Source: Vitrella brassicaformis CCMP3155 (Eukaryota; Protista; Chromerida). Taken from it: DNA of 56,771 bases. Below are positions 20,158 to 33,220 of this stretch, piece by piece. Made by a program: the position numbers and the translations under genes. The first letter of the stretch is position 1. Every line of letters starts with the position of its first letter. Below the pieces are notes generated by a model. That model was given only the letters and a program-made list of their open reading frames with translations. It had not been told where the DNA came from and did no database searches. The stretch covers positions 1 through 56,771 of the forward strand of contig CDMY01000532.1 in NCBI GenBank assembly GCA_001179505.1. Direction: 5' to 3'.

Positions 20158-22267
20158 ATGACGCTCAGCGCTCTCCGCGTGATAGCCGTGAGCTGTTTGC
20201 TTCTGGGCTGCGCCCTCGCCCAGTGCCCCTCGGGCGACGACTCGTCTGTGCAGGGCTTGTTGACACAAGCAATCTCCAAAGCCAAGGCGGATGGCGTCCT
20301 CGGCGATAAGGACTTCATCTGGGGCACCGCAACCGCCGCTTATCAGGCACGAAAACCGCCCGCCCTTTTACAGCCACCCGTTGGCTGCTGCTCATTCGCT
20401 CTGTGTGTGTGTGTGTGCTGTTGGGTTTGTGGCTGTGCTGTGTGTGCAGGTGGAGGGAGCTTGGAACGAGGGAGGCCGTGTGCCGAGCCTGTGGGATAAC
20501 TTCGCCCACGAGGGCAAGGCCAGCAACGACACGGTGAGGAAGGACACGAGCGACAAACACGGCCAGCTGGGAAACAGTGCCTGCACCTGGGTGTGTGTTG
20601 CCTGGTCTGCAGGGCGATGTCGCCGTCGACTTTTACCATAAGGTGGGTATGTAGGTGGTCGGGGCTGGACAGACAGAGTGAGTCTACGTGTGTGTGGTGT
20701 GTGCGCCTGTACATCGGTCGTCAGTACCCTGAGGACATCCAGATGATGAAGCAGCTCAACTTCACCCACTTCCGCTACTCCATCTCATGGCCGCGGGTCA
20801 TGAACGGCCTACAAAGGAACGAAGAAGGTCAGTCGGTCGGGCAGAGCCAGACAGACAGAAGAACACACAGCCCAGCTTGTGGTTTGGTTTGCAGGTATTC
20901 AGTTCTATAAGGACCTGACGGCCGAGCTGCTCAAGAACAACATCGAGCCCGTTGTGACCCTCTTCCACTGGGACTTGCCTGAGTGAGTGGATGAAGGGCC
21001 GGCAGCGAGATCGGCTGATATGTCTGTGTGTTGCGTGTTTCACGACACACGCCTGGCTGCAGCATATACGACTGGCGCAACGAGAGCCTGGTGGAGCCGT
21101 TCGGTCAGTATGCCGACATTATGTTTGAGGCGCTCCCCGACGTCAAGTACTGGCTGACGGTAAGTGATTGAGTGATCCGCACAACGACGAGAGACAACCA
21201 CACCACACCGGCAGACAGACACATATGATATGTCTGTGGATGCAGCTCAACGAGCCGTGGGTCTTCTGCAAGCTGGGATACCAGTGGGGCGTCTGTAAGC
21301 TTAACTACCAACCCAACAAGAAAAGCACCAACCGACGAATCTCTCTCTCTTCTGCCCGTCAGATGCCCCTGGCGTCGTGTCGGAGACTGATTTCTTGACC
21401 TGCGGCCATAATGCCCTCAAGGCACACGCCAAGGTATATCGACGCGTCCATCCACTGGACAGACAGACAGACAGACAGAAAGGAGGACATCCAGAGTTGT
21501 GTGGTGGGTCGGCATGTAGGCCTACTCGGTGTGGAAGACCAAGTACCAGGCCTCCCGCCCCGACACCAAGGTGCCGATCGACACAGAATGTGTATTGTGA
21601 TGTGATGGATGCGTTGTGTGTGTGTGTGTGTGTGATGTCAAGGTGGGCATCACCCTGAATGCCGACTGGCGCGCGGCGCTCGACCCCACCAACCCCGACG
21701 ACGTGGCCCTCTCCTCAAAGGAGATGGACCTCGTCCTCGGCTGGTTCGCGGAACCCGTGAGCACAGAGACAGACGCGCACACACACAGACAGACGAGTAG
21801 ACAGACAAGAAGCTGTGTGATGCTTGGTGCAGGTGTACGGGAGCGGCGACTACCCCCAGAGTCTGAAGGAGCATTTCGCCGCGGACGCGCCCGTGTTCAC
21901 CGAGGAGGAAAAGGCTTCCATCAAGGGCTCGAGCGACTTCTTCGGGCTCAACTTCTACACCGCCATGTACCCCACACACACCACCCCACACCATACCACA
22001 GCACAGCACAGGTTAACACAGGCCATTCCTTCCCCTTGTGCGTGTGTGGTGTGTGTCTGTGCAGCTACGTGGACTCGACCAAGCCGTACGGCCAGCACGA
22101 GACGGTGCACCGCAATGGGGAGCTGATCGGCGAGGAGACGGCCTCCGAGTGGCTGCACATCGTCCCTTGGGGCTTCAGCACCATGCTCAAGTACATCAAG
22201 AACGTCTGGAACCCGCCCTCTATCATCGTCACGGAGAATGGTACGTGAGCGAATCGCTCCGACCGAC

Positions 22268-22301
<34 letters not shown>

Positions 22302-22996
22302 GAGATCCGTATCTTTGTGGGCGTGTGATGCAGGCGTGTCGGACGGCAGGGCGTCCACCGACAAGGAGACCCTTGTCAACGACTACGGCAGGGTCAAGTT
22401 CTACCAGGATTACCTGACAGAGATGGCCAAAGCCATGATCGAAGACGACGTGCCTGTCACGGTAATGATACACACGCACACACACACACACATCCATCCA
22501 TCCATCCATGTGTGTGTGTGTGTGTGTGTCTTTTAGGGGTACATTGCGTGGTCATTGCTGGACAACTTCGAGTGGTCCCAGGGATACGCCGAACGGTACT
22601 CTTGGAGACGATAGAGACACACACAACCCACAACACAACACATGGGATGGGCGTCTGTGGGTGTGGGTGTGGGTGTGTGTCAGGTTTGGCCTCACCCACG
22701 TCGATTTCGACGACCCCGCTCTCCCCAGGACCGTCAAGAAATCCGGCGAATACTTCGGGTGGGTGTCTCAGCCTGCTCCCCCCCTCTCCATGCATGTGTG
22801 TGTATGTCTGTCTGTGTCCATCTGTCTGCGCAGTTCTTTGATCCCCAATGTGACAGCCCAGGTAGAGGCGTGCTCAACGGGCAACGACAGCACCGTCGCC
22901 ACGCAGGGCGGCGACCAGCAGCAGTGGCAGGACGACTGGCAGCAGCAGGATGGCGGTGACAACTGGGAGGGTGGCGACCAGCAGTGGCTCCGCTGA
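20158..22996 (+). CDS. Secreted glycoside hydrolase family 1 beta-glucosidase (about 15 exons)
   Basis: Signal peptide, then [11 protein letters not shown]|[44 protein letters not shown] (acid/base), FGLNFYT, IIVTENG (nucleophile), [20 protein letters not shown]. All exons joined in frame by hand. Confidence 0.96.
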
Positions 22997-24362
22997 GAAG
23001 AGCCGAGAGACAGCTTTGCCATGCAGCGAACAAGCGATGAGAGGGAGGGGTACATACTACCTAGGTGTGTTTTGATCTGCGTGTTGTGAGGGTGGGGGTG
23101 GGGCGGCTGGAGGTTTTGCTGTCTGTCTGTCTGCCTGTCTGTCTGTATGTGTCTTGTGTGTCCTGGGAATCGCGAAAAAGAGAGAGGGCGACATGTCTCG
23201 GCTCGTCTTATGCTGGCGAAGTTTCGTGATTTTTAGTACCTACCTTCTTCCGCAATAATGATGCCCACGGTCATGCTCACGTCACGCCCGCCACGCCACG
23301 CCACGCCACGCCACGCCGGCGACACCGAAGAGAGAGAATTATATGTAGCCACAGCGAGCGGTCTGTGTGTGAGGGAGGGGGGATGGGGGCATAAAGTGTC
23401 TGATGGCGACTGACTGATGGGGGCTGACGTGATGTGATATGTGTGTAGCTAGTCGTGGGATGTGTTTCTGTGTGAGCTGTGTGTGTGGTGTGTGTGCCAG
23501 TAGACGAGGCACCGGACTGGAGATGATGAGATCGCTTATCGCAGCCAGCCAATTCAACGCACCCACCCACCTGTCGGCGGCCCTCAAGGTCTCACTCACT
23601 CACACGCACATTCCCCTCGACCTGCCCATCCTCGCACGCACCCGCACCCACACTCACGCACACGAACGAAGCACCTAGTCGATTGACACAAACTCCTCTC
23701 TTCTCAATTGGCCACAATCATTGGGGCGGTCTCCAGTCTGCAGAGGACATTGCACTCCGCCGACCGAATTAGACACACTGACTGACAGAGGCCAACTAAA
23801 CCCCATTAACACACACACACACACACTCGCTCTCTCTGCCTGCTCAGCTTGGCTTGGGGGGCCCCGGCGGTATAGGCTAGGAGCAGAACACACAGACAGA
23901 CAGCCCCGGGTGGGTGTGGCGGCTGTGGGGGCCCACAAAGAAATAGAAAATCACTCACTCAGGCAGCCTGTCAGTTGTCTGTCTGTCTGCCAGCCACGCC
24001 CCTGACAATAAACAAACATCATGGCCTGAGATAGATGAGTGAGTTGAGTCCCCCCAACCACATCACCACACTGCCCACGGCACACAGCACTGGGCACGGC
24101 ACGCAGTACTGCCAGTCTGTCTGTCTGTCTGTCTGAGATCGGCAGTGAGGAGAGAAAAATACCGGCCTGCCTGTGTGTTCCCCATCGCGCCTCACATCGC
24201 TCTCATCATGAAATTCACCTCTCTCTAACCCTCACGACAATTCACAACTCACAACTCGCAAGGCTCACTGCTTAAACCAGTCGCCTGAGGCAATCAGGCA
24301 GTCGGTTGACGCAAACAAAATCTCAGAGTCAGACTCACGCCCCCTCCCCCCCCACCCGACCT

Positions 24363-24777
24363 CTATTTGCCGTTCTTCTTGGTGGGGTGGTGCTCGGCCC
24401 CGGCCGGCGGGGCGGCGGTGGGGGGACTCTCCTTGGCGCCCTTGACGTTGTCCGCCGTCGCAGCGACCCCACTGGCAGTGGCAGGGGCAGCAGCTGACGC
24501 ACCCCCAGCAGCAGCAGCGCCCTACAACCACACACACACTCAGAGAGAGAGATGCACAGTCAGTACTTTATAGGTGTGAGCTCGACGAATGAACGCACTG
24601 ACCAGTGTTTCCGAGGTGGATGCCCTCTCCGGTGTGGCGGCGACCGAGTCCTCGGCGCTCCTCTGCCCGCCAGCAGGGACGTTGGTGATGTGCTGCAGGG
24701 CCGTGATGGACGCAGCACTGTCCGGCAGGGGACGGCCCGCACTCACAGTCGACAAAGCACCTACACACACACACGCA

Positions 24778-24815
<38 letters not shown>

Positions 24816-25939
24816 TGGGGGCGTGGGGAGTGGCGGTGGTTGGCCAGGGACCTTCTAGGTATCTGGCTCGTTGGGGGTCGGCTGCCTTGAGGCCCTCAAC
24901 CACCGCGCCAATGCTCTCCTACACACACACACACACGCAGCCATGGGGCGGTGGTCCGTGTGTGTGAGTGTGTGTATGTGTGTGGTTGCTTGGGGATCCT
25001 TGCACACCCTGCAGAACTCGGAGGTCTTCTCGGCGATGTACTTCTGCCTCTCCAGGTGCAGCCTGCTCGAGATCTCGCGGATCGAGTTGCACGCCCACTG
25101 CACAAACTGATAATTCTGGTCCACACCACCTGCTCACACACACACACCCCCCACACATGTCCATCTCTCTGTCGGGGTGCTGTGCAGGCCCACCTCCAGC
25201 AGTGCGTCCGGACGAGCCGACGCCGCCGGCCTCGGCCCACTTGATGATCATCGACTGGGCGTCGCGGATTGAGATGCTCGGGTTGGTCTTGACCAACTGA
25301 CACACACACACATCCATCCATCCATCCATCCACACACGCAGAGAGAGAGGGGGGGAGAAACCTTACTAACCTCGCTCCTGAGGTTGAAGAGCAGCAGCTG
25401 CCTCCTGAGGCGCCAGTAGAAGTAGGTCCTCGACTTGCTCCAGGTCACCACCTCGTGCACCGCCCCGCGACGCTTCATGCGCACGGCGGTGTCGTGCAGG
25501 TCGGCGAAATGCAAGGCGACCTGACACACACACACACACACACAGAGACACACAATGAGAGAGGGAGGGAGGGGGAGGGAGGCAGGACCTGCTTGTAGAC
25601 TGGCAATATCTCCTGGAGTCGTTTCTCCTTTTTCTCCTTGATCTCCTGACGCTGCGGCGAGTCGATGGGGATCCCCTGTGCGGAGAGCTCCTTATCCTAA
25701 CACCCCATACAAACCACACAGATAGCGAGCCGATGGCTGACAGCACACATAAACACACACAGAGGGGTGAAATCGCACCTCAGCGGCGAGAGTGGCGAGC
25801 GTGGGGTCCAGCCGTGTGGCCGTCTCCACCATGGCCTTGTCCCTGAATTTGATCTCCACCGTCCCGGTGGGCTCCAGCACGCCGCCGCGACACTCACTGT
25901 CGGCATACATCTGCACACACACAGAGAGAGAGACACACA

Positions 25940-25971
<32 letters not shown>

Positions 25972-26906
25972 ATGTGTGTGTGTTGTCCGACCTCCATGTA
26001 CTCGGCGTTGATACGGGGGTCCACCACCACCCAGGCGCCCCCGCGGAGCTCCGCCTTGGGCGGGATGTACACGAAGCACGGCTGCCTGAAGTCCACCAGC
26101 GAGTCCACAATATAGGAACCGAACTTCAACACCTGCACAACACACCAAATCACACAAATCAAATGCACTCTGGGCGGGGGGGGGGGGGGGGGGGGNNNNN
26201 NNNNNNNNNNNNNNNNNNNNNNNNNNNNNNNNNNNNNNNNNNNNNNNNNNNNNNNNNNNNNNNNNNNNNNNNNNNNNNNNNNNNNNNNNNNNNNNNNNNN
26301 NNNNNNNNNNNNNNNNNNNNNNNNNNNNNNNNNNNNNNNNNNNNNNNNNNNNNNNNNNNNNNNNNNNNNNNNNNNNNNNNNNNNNNNNNNNNNNNNNNNN
26401 NNNNNNNNNNNNNNNNNNNNNNNNNNNNNNNNNNNNNNNNNNNNNNNNNNNNNNNNNNNNNNNNNNNNNNNNNNNNNNNNNNNNNNNNNNNNNNNGGGGG
26501 GGCGTCGTGACCTCTTCAAACATGTCCCGCTGTCCGCCCGAGAAGCCGCGCCAGTTGGCGAAGATCATCAGCGGCAGCTCCTCCTGGTTGATGTCGGCTA
26601 TGCCCTGTGCCGTCTTGTACGCGCTGTCGGGGTACCACACCTGGACAGACACACAAAATGGTCGTGTTTGTGTTGAGCTGTCTGTGTTTGTGTCTCTGTC
26701 TGTGGAAGCCATCCACGCACACACGACACACGCACCTGTCCGGCCCGGGAGAGTTTGATCTCCGAGGTGGAGGGCATGGCGGGGTCGGCGGGGTGGGCGT
26801 ATTCTGTCACTCTGGTCTCCACACAGATCACCCCCACAGGGATGCCGCCCAGACGAGCACGGCCCTGCACACACACACACACAGACACACACACAGACTT
26901 TTCCTA

Positions 26907-26941
<35 letters not shown>

Positions 26942-28819
26942 TGTGGTGTGTGTGTTTCGGGTGGGTGCGTACCACAATGACTGATTTGGCCCAATCCATC
27001 ATGACTTCCCTGAAGGTGCCACGGTCGAAGATGCCGCTCTGCCACTGGCCGGTGGAATCCTTCCATACACACAGAGGGAGAGGGACAGGGAGAGGGAGAA
27101 AGACACGCAATGGGCGCGGCGCATCATCGACTCATCGAGGAACGAACAAACGAACGAAGCTCACCTTGCAGCCCGTGAGCATGAGCCGGGGGTCCTCAGT
27201 GGACGAGTGCGGCTTGTACTGCGTGGCTCTGTTGATGGGGTCGGAGGTGTCCACCATTATGGGCGGGGGGCCCTCGCGGTGCTCAGGGACGAAGGACAGC
27301 CAGTCAAGGATCGCCTGCACCCACACCACACACGCCCTCTCTCTCTCTCTCTGTGTGTGTGGGGGGGGGGGGGGGGGNNNNNNNNNNNNNNNNNNNNNNN
27401 NNNNNNNNNNNNNNNNNNNNNNNNNNNNNNNNNNNNNNNNNNNNNNNNNNNNNNNNNNNNNNNNNNNNNNNNNNNNNNNNNNNNNNNNNNNNNNNNNNNN
27501 NNNNNNNNNNNNNNNNNNNNNNNNNNNNNNNNNNNNNNNNNNNNNNNNNNNNNNNNNNNNNNNNNNNNNNNNNNNNNNNNNNNNNNNNNNNNNNNNNNNN
27601 NNNNNNNNNNNNNNNNNNNNNNNNNNNNNNNNNNNNNNNNNNNNNNNNNNNNNNNNNNNNNNNNNNNNNNNNNNNNNGGGGGGGGGGGGGATAAGTGGGT
27701 GGGGAGGTCCACCTGGCAGCCCTCAATGTCGTCCTTGACGGTCAGATGCGACACGCCATTCTTGTACATGACGTCGATCCCGCCGATCTCGTCGTTGCTG
27801 GTGTACACCTCTCGCCCTATCAGACGATTCAGCGCCTGCACATTCACACACACCCACAGAGAGAGAGAGAGAAATGGCTGTGTGTGTGGAGACGGGTGCA
27901 GGGGACGAGAAACCCACCTGGTAGCCCGTAAGCAGAATCGGCGCGTTTGCATTTTTCTGGATGACCCTCTGGCCCAACCGAGTGATGTACGCGCCAATCC
28001 CCACAGTCCGCCCTGCTCACACACACATACACACACACTCTTCGTGTGTGGTGTGTGTGGGGGGGGGGGGTACCAGTGACGAGTGTGATGGTGAAGGTCT
28101 CCTGGTAGGCGCGCGAGGTCTCCCCGGCGATGGCGCCGCTCCCGCAGAGGTTCTCCACACCGATCCCCACCTGGCTGCCAATCACGTCAGTGATCTTGTA
28201 AACCTGTCGAGTCGACAGCCAACACACAGACACACAACAGACAGTGACAGTGGGCGTGATTGTGTTTGAGGGAGGGAGGGGGGGGGTGGACAATAAATCG
28301 GTCACCGTGCCCTCTCTGCGGTGCTGCACGGGCTCCGCAGAGACGGAGTCGCTCGCCTTGAGACGCTTGTAGTCCCTAGACACACACACACCCACAAAGC
28401 CCCTCTCTCCCTCTGTCTCTACATCGGAGGCGCGGCGGGGGGGCGGGGTGTCTGGCAAGGCTGACTGACTTCTCTGTGAGGTAAAGGTATTTGAACCCTC
28501 TCGAAGGATTGGTGGGGTCGATCCACTCGACGCGGAAGCACTTCTGCACCTCGGTGGCCAAACCCATTCGGGCACCTTTCACACAAACCGGACAAAGGAT
28601 GTGTGAGAGTGAGTGTGTGTGGCTACCGTACCGCTGTTGCAGGCGATGTAGATCCGCGGGATGCCCTTCTTGCGGGCGTACTCCGAGGCCCTTTGGTAGA
28701 GCAGATCCTCCTGCACACCGAAGGTGCCCATCTGGTAGGTCACGTCGTTGCCAATGATCACCACACGACGGCCTGATGGATGGCATGGCAGAGGGAGGGA
28801 AGATTTGGCCTGGCTGCCC

Positions 28820-28856
<37 letters not shown>

Positions 28857-28980
28857 TGTGGTGATCTACCTCTAGGGAACTCAGGTGTGCACATCTTGAC
28901 CCGCCAGGCGACCATGCCGCACTGGTTCTTCCCTGGAGGCCGGTGGACGTCCTCGAGCTGACCACGGCTGCACCAAACCA

Positions 28981-29016
<36 letters not shown>

Positions 29017-32000
29017 CAGAGAGGTGGGTGGTGGGGAGGTGTGTGTGTGTGTTCCACATCGACCGACCTGTTGGTGGCCATCTCGACGGCCTCGAAGACC
29101 CGCTCGGGCAGGAATGCCAGGCCGCCGCCAATCACCCCCTCCACCCCGATACTGCTGGGGCTGGTGAGCGAGCGGGCGGCGTCGCCCCCCTCCCCGCCGC
29201 CAGTGTCAGTGGTGCCCAGGAAGTAGCGGGGGTTCTGCTGCCACTGCTTCTTGACGGCCTCCTCAAACAGACCCTGGTTATGGCACACACACACACAGAG
29301 AGGGAGGGCGGTGTGTGTGCGTGTGTGTGTGGATGGTGCAGCGAGGTGACTCACCAGAAAGTCGTAGATGTATACCGATGAGACGTTCGCGGCCGCAGCG
29401 CGTTTCTGGTCCAGCGGCCCGGCCAGGGGGTGGGGCAGCTGCACACACATACACACACACACACACCGCGGTCACACACAGGGAGGGGCGGGGGCAAGGT
29501 TCTCACTCACCTCGACAGACTGTCCGTCGTAGTCGGTGTCTACACGGTCGGCCGCCATGCTCTCGTCGCTCACGCCCTTGCCGGCCACCACACCGCTGGT
29601 CTCATGCGATCTGCCGCACAGACATCCCACCCCACACCACACACGGGCGTTGATCGCTCCCTCCCTCCCTCCCTCCCTCCGTCCCTCTCACAGGAGAGAT
29701 TTTCGCGAGGGGTTCAGTGAGGAGAAGACGAGCTGTCCGGTGGTGGGGTTCATGACCTCGACATAGGTGCGAACTCGGATGGCCTGGCCCGTGGGGTTGT
29801 CAATCACCAGACGCAGAGGCACGCCCTCCCCTGACACACACACACAGAGGGCGTCATGCCTCCCTCTCTCTCTCTCTCTCTCCCCCTGTNNNNNNNNNNN
29901 NNNNNNNNNNNNNNNNNNNNNNNNNNNNNNNNNNNNNNNNNNNNNNNNNNNNNNNNNNNNNNNNNNNNNNNNNNNNNNNNNNNNNNNNNNNNNNNNNNNN
30001 NNNNNNNNNNNNNNNNNNNNNNNNNNNNNNNNNNNNNNNNNNNNNNNNNNNNNNNNNNNNNNNNNNNNNNNNNNNNNNNNNNNNNNNNNNNNNNNNNNNN
30101 NNNNNNNNNNNNNNNNNNNNNNNNNNNNNNNNNNNNNNNNNNNNNNNNNNNNNNNNNNNNNNNNNNNNNNNNNNNNNNNNNNNNNNNNNGGGGGGGGGGG
30201 GGGGGGTACCTGCAGAAGTGCCGTGTGGTCCGGGTCGTGTGTGGTGGCGCACATAGCGGACTTCCACCGTGCTCACAAAGTTCTTCTGCAAACGGGTCTC
30301 ATACCTGCCACACACACACACACACGCACTCCACCCACCCCCAACGTCGCACCAAACCCGCCCCTACCCCACCCACCGAGTGCACAGCTTGATGGCCTCC
30401 GCCTCAGCCTGCTGCGGCGAAACTCCTCCTGACGAGTACTCGCTGGGCGTCACGATGGAAAGCGAGATGAGGTTGCCGGCCGTGAAGACCAGCGACCTGG
30501 CGCGCGACTGGCCGGTTGCGCGGATGGCCAGCTCGAGGGCGTTGAGGCCGGCGACGAAGTACCTGCCAGCCATATCGCAGAGACCACAGAGAGAGACAAT
30601 GGTCAATTTGGTGTGGTCGACAAGGATGTGTGGCTGCCTTTCTCTCTCTCTGGGTGAGTCGGTGGGTGTCGGGTGACTGACTGATCGCACCTTTCGTCTT
30701 CGGCGGCCTCCTGCTCGGGGTCGTTGCTGAGGGTGCGCACCAAGATGCGGACGAAGAATCGGGTCTCTGACCTGATAGAGTTGCATTGGTCAAACCGCCA
30801 CACACACACACAGACACGCACACACATGGATGGATGGATGGATGTGTGTGTGTGTGTGTGTGTCTTGAGAGGACGGGAGGGAAGAGGCTACTTGAGGTCT
30901 GGGATGGGCTTGTCGCCTTTGCCGCCCGGTGCGGCCCCCTTGCCGCCAGCACCCCCTCCAGCAGCAGCCCCACCACCAGCACCACTCTGCCACACACACA
31001 CACACACACGCTCAGGCAGGGGCAAAGGAATGAGGAAAGGTATCTTATCTACCAACCACGTTGGGTTTGGGTGTGGCCTCGTAGAGGTGGACGTAGTGAG
31101 AGGAGGTGGGGATCATCTTGACGTGGAAGTTGCTGAGCCGCTTCAGCTCCAGCAGGGAAAACATCGACGGCTCCACGTGTCTGTCAGATCACAATCAACA
31201 GGTGTCGCGGTGTGTGTGGCTGTGGCGCTTTCACTTTTGCCCTCGCGCCTCTTTCTCTCTGTGTGCGTGAGTGTGTGTGTGTGCTGACCTGAGGAGTGAC
31301 AGCTCCTGAAAGTCGCAAGGCGTGTCGAAGTAGAGGTCCGGGTGGGCTTCCAAGTCCAGCGCGGCGTCGCCCTCTCCCTAACACACACACATCCACACAT
31401 CACGTGGTGGCCTGGCCTTCTCCCTGAGGTCAGCTCACACTCTGCTGCAGCTGCATTTGCAGCTCAGAAGGATCCACTGCTGCACACACACACACACACA
31501 CACACACGCACATAAAGAGACATTGAGAGAGAGAGAGAGAGAGGCAGAGACCGACACGGCCCCCCCTCCACCCTCCCCATCCCCGGAAGCCGTCCGTCCT
31601 ACGTGGCGGTCGCGGAACCATCCTAGGGTCCACAAAGATCGAGCCCCCATCGATGGCCATCTGCGGCACCGGCAGGTGCAGCCGGCACCGGAAGTGCAGG
31701 TAGTTGGGCACGAACTTGGACACCAGGTCGCTCTCCCGGAATACCGACTGCTCCGCGTCGGTCACGCCGCCCACACCGAAGCCCCCGAGAGCGCCCCGGC
31801 CTGGTGTGATGGGCGCGGGATTGGCGCCGGAGAGGCCGCGGTAGCGGGCGGTTTGGGCGGGGGAGGCACCCTGATTATGGCAGAGACAGGCAGTGTGTGT
31901 GTGTGTGTGTGTCGGGCGGGGGATGCTGTGTGTGGGCGGCTTTGCTTTGCTGATCTCACTCACCATGACGAATGCGAAGGTGACGAGGTAGATCTGGTTC

Positions 32001-32489
32001 TCCTCGAGCAGCCCGGCGTGCTTCTGCAGCTCCGTCTGCAGCAGCGTCAGACGGCTGTCCACCCGAGGACCTTGCTGCAGCCCAACATCCACACACACAC
32101 ACACACAGAGAGAGAGGGAGAGAGATGAGAGATGTGTGTGGGTGTGTTGGGGCGAGGTAGGTTTTGCGCACTTACTCTGAAAGGGAAAGGGCTTGAAGTG
32201 GCTTTGCTGACGGGGTGGCCGCTCTGCGGGGCGGGCGAGTTCGTCACGGGATCCACACCGATATCCTGCGGTGGTCGGCCATCGCACGCACCACATAGAG
32301 ACGCCGGGTGTATGGTCTCCCGCTCTCTCTCTCTGTCTGTGTGTGTGGGTGGGTGGGGAGGGGGGGGAGGGGTACCATTTCAGCTATGAATAGCGCGAGG
32401 ATGCGGGCATCGTGTGTGGGGCCGTATCCCGGCATCACGCGACTCAGACGCTTGACCTCATCCAGACAGGAACCAAATGTCTCCTGAAC

Positions 32490-32525
<36 letters not shown>

Positions 32526-33182
32526 CCCTCTCTCCCCATCTCTGTGTCTGTGTCTGTGTGTCTGTGTGTTTGCATGTCTGGGTGCTATAAGGCCCACCTG
32601 GAACTCTGTGAATGACGGGAATGCCATGGCGACGGTCTGCTGCGTCTTGCCGAGGGGGTTCTGGAGGTCGCCCCCGCCCGCAGTACCGCCGAAGGCACTC
32701 AACATCTGGTAGAGCTTGCTCGTCCTACGTGCGTGCCGGTGTGCAGACAGACGGACATAAAGCACATTTGCCTTGTCTCTTGCCCCCTCTTTCTCTCTCT
32801 CTCCCTCTACGTGTGTGTGTGTCTCACTCGTCGAATGGGTGTGTTTCGGTGATGCCAGCAGTGATGCCGTTGCTGCTGGGCTGCATCGGCGGGATGGGCG
32901 GCACAGTCTCTGCTGCTGTCGCTGAGGCCTGCTGCTGCTGCTGCTGCTGGGCATCGGCAGCCGCCTGAGTCAGAGAGAGAACGAGCAAATGAGTGAGAGA
33001 GAGAGAGAGAGAGAGGGCAACACAGCCATGACACTAGCCCATCAAAATGCCATTGTTGTCACCTGAGGCGGCTGCTGTGTGATGTCGGGGACGGTGATGC
33101 TGTCGACTGCCTGTGCGAGGTACTCCTCGTCGAGGAGGGACCGGTGCGTCCACACCGACAGGAGCGTGTTCTGGAACTGCAC

Positions 33183-33220
<38 letters not shown>

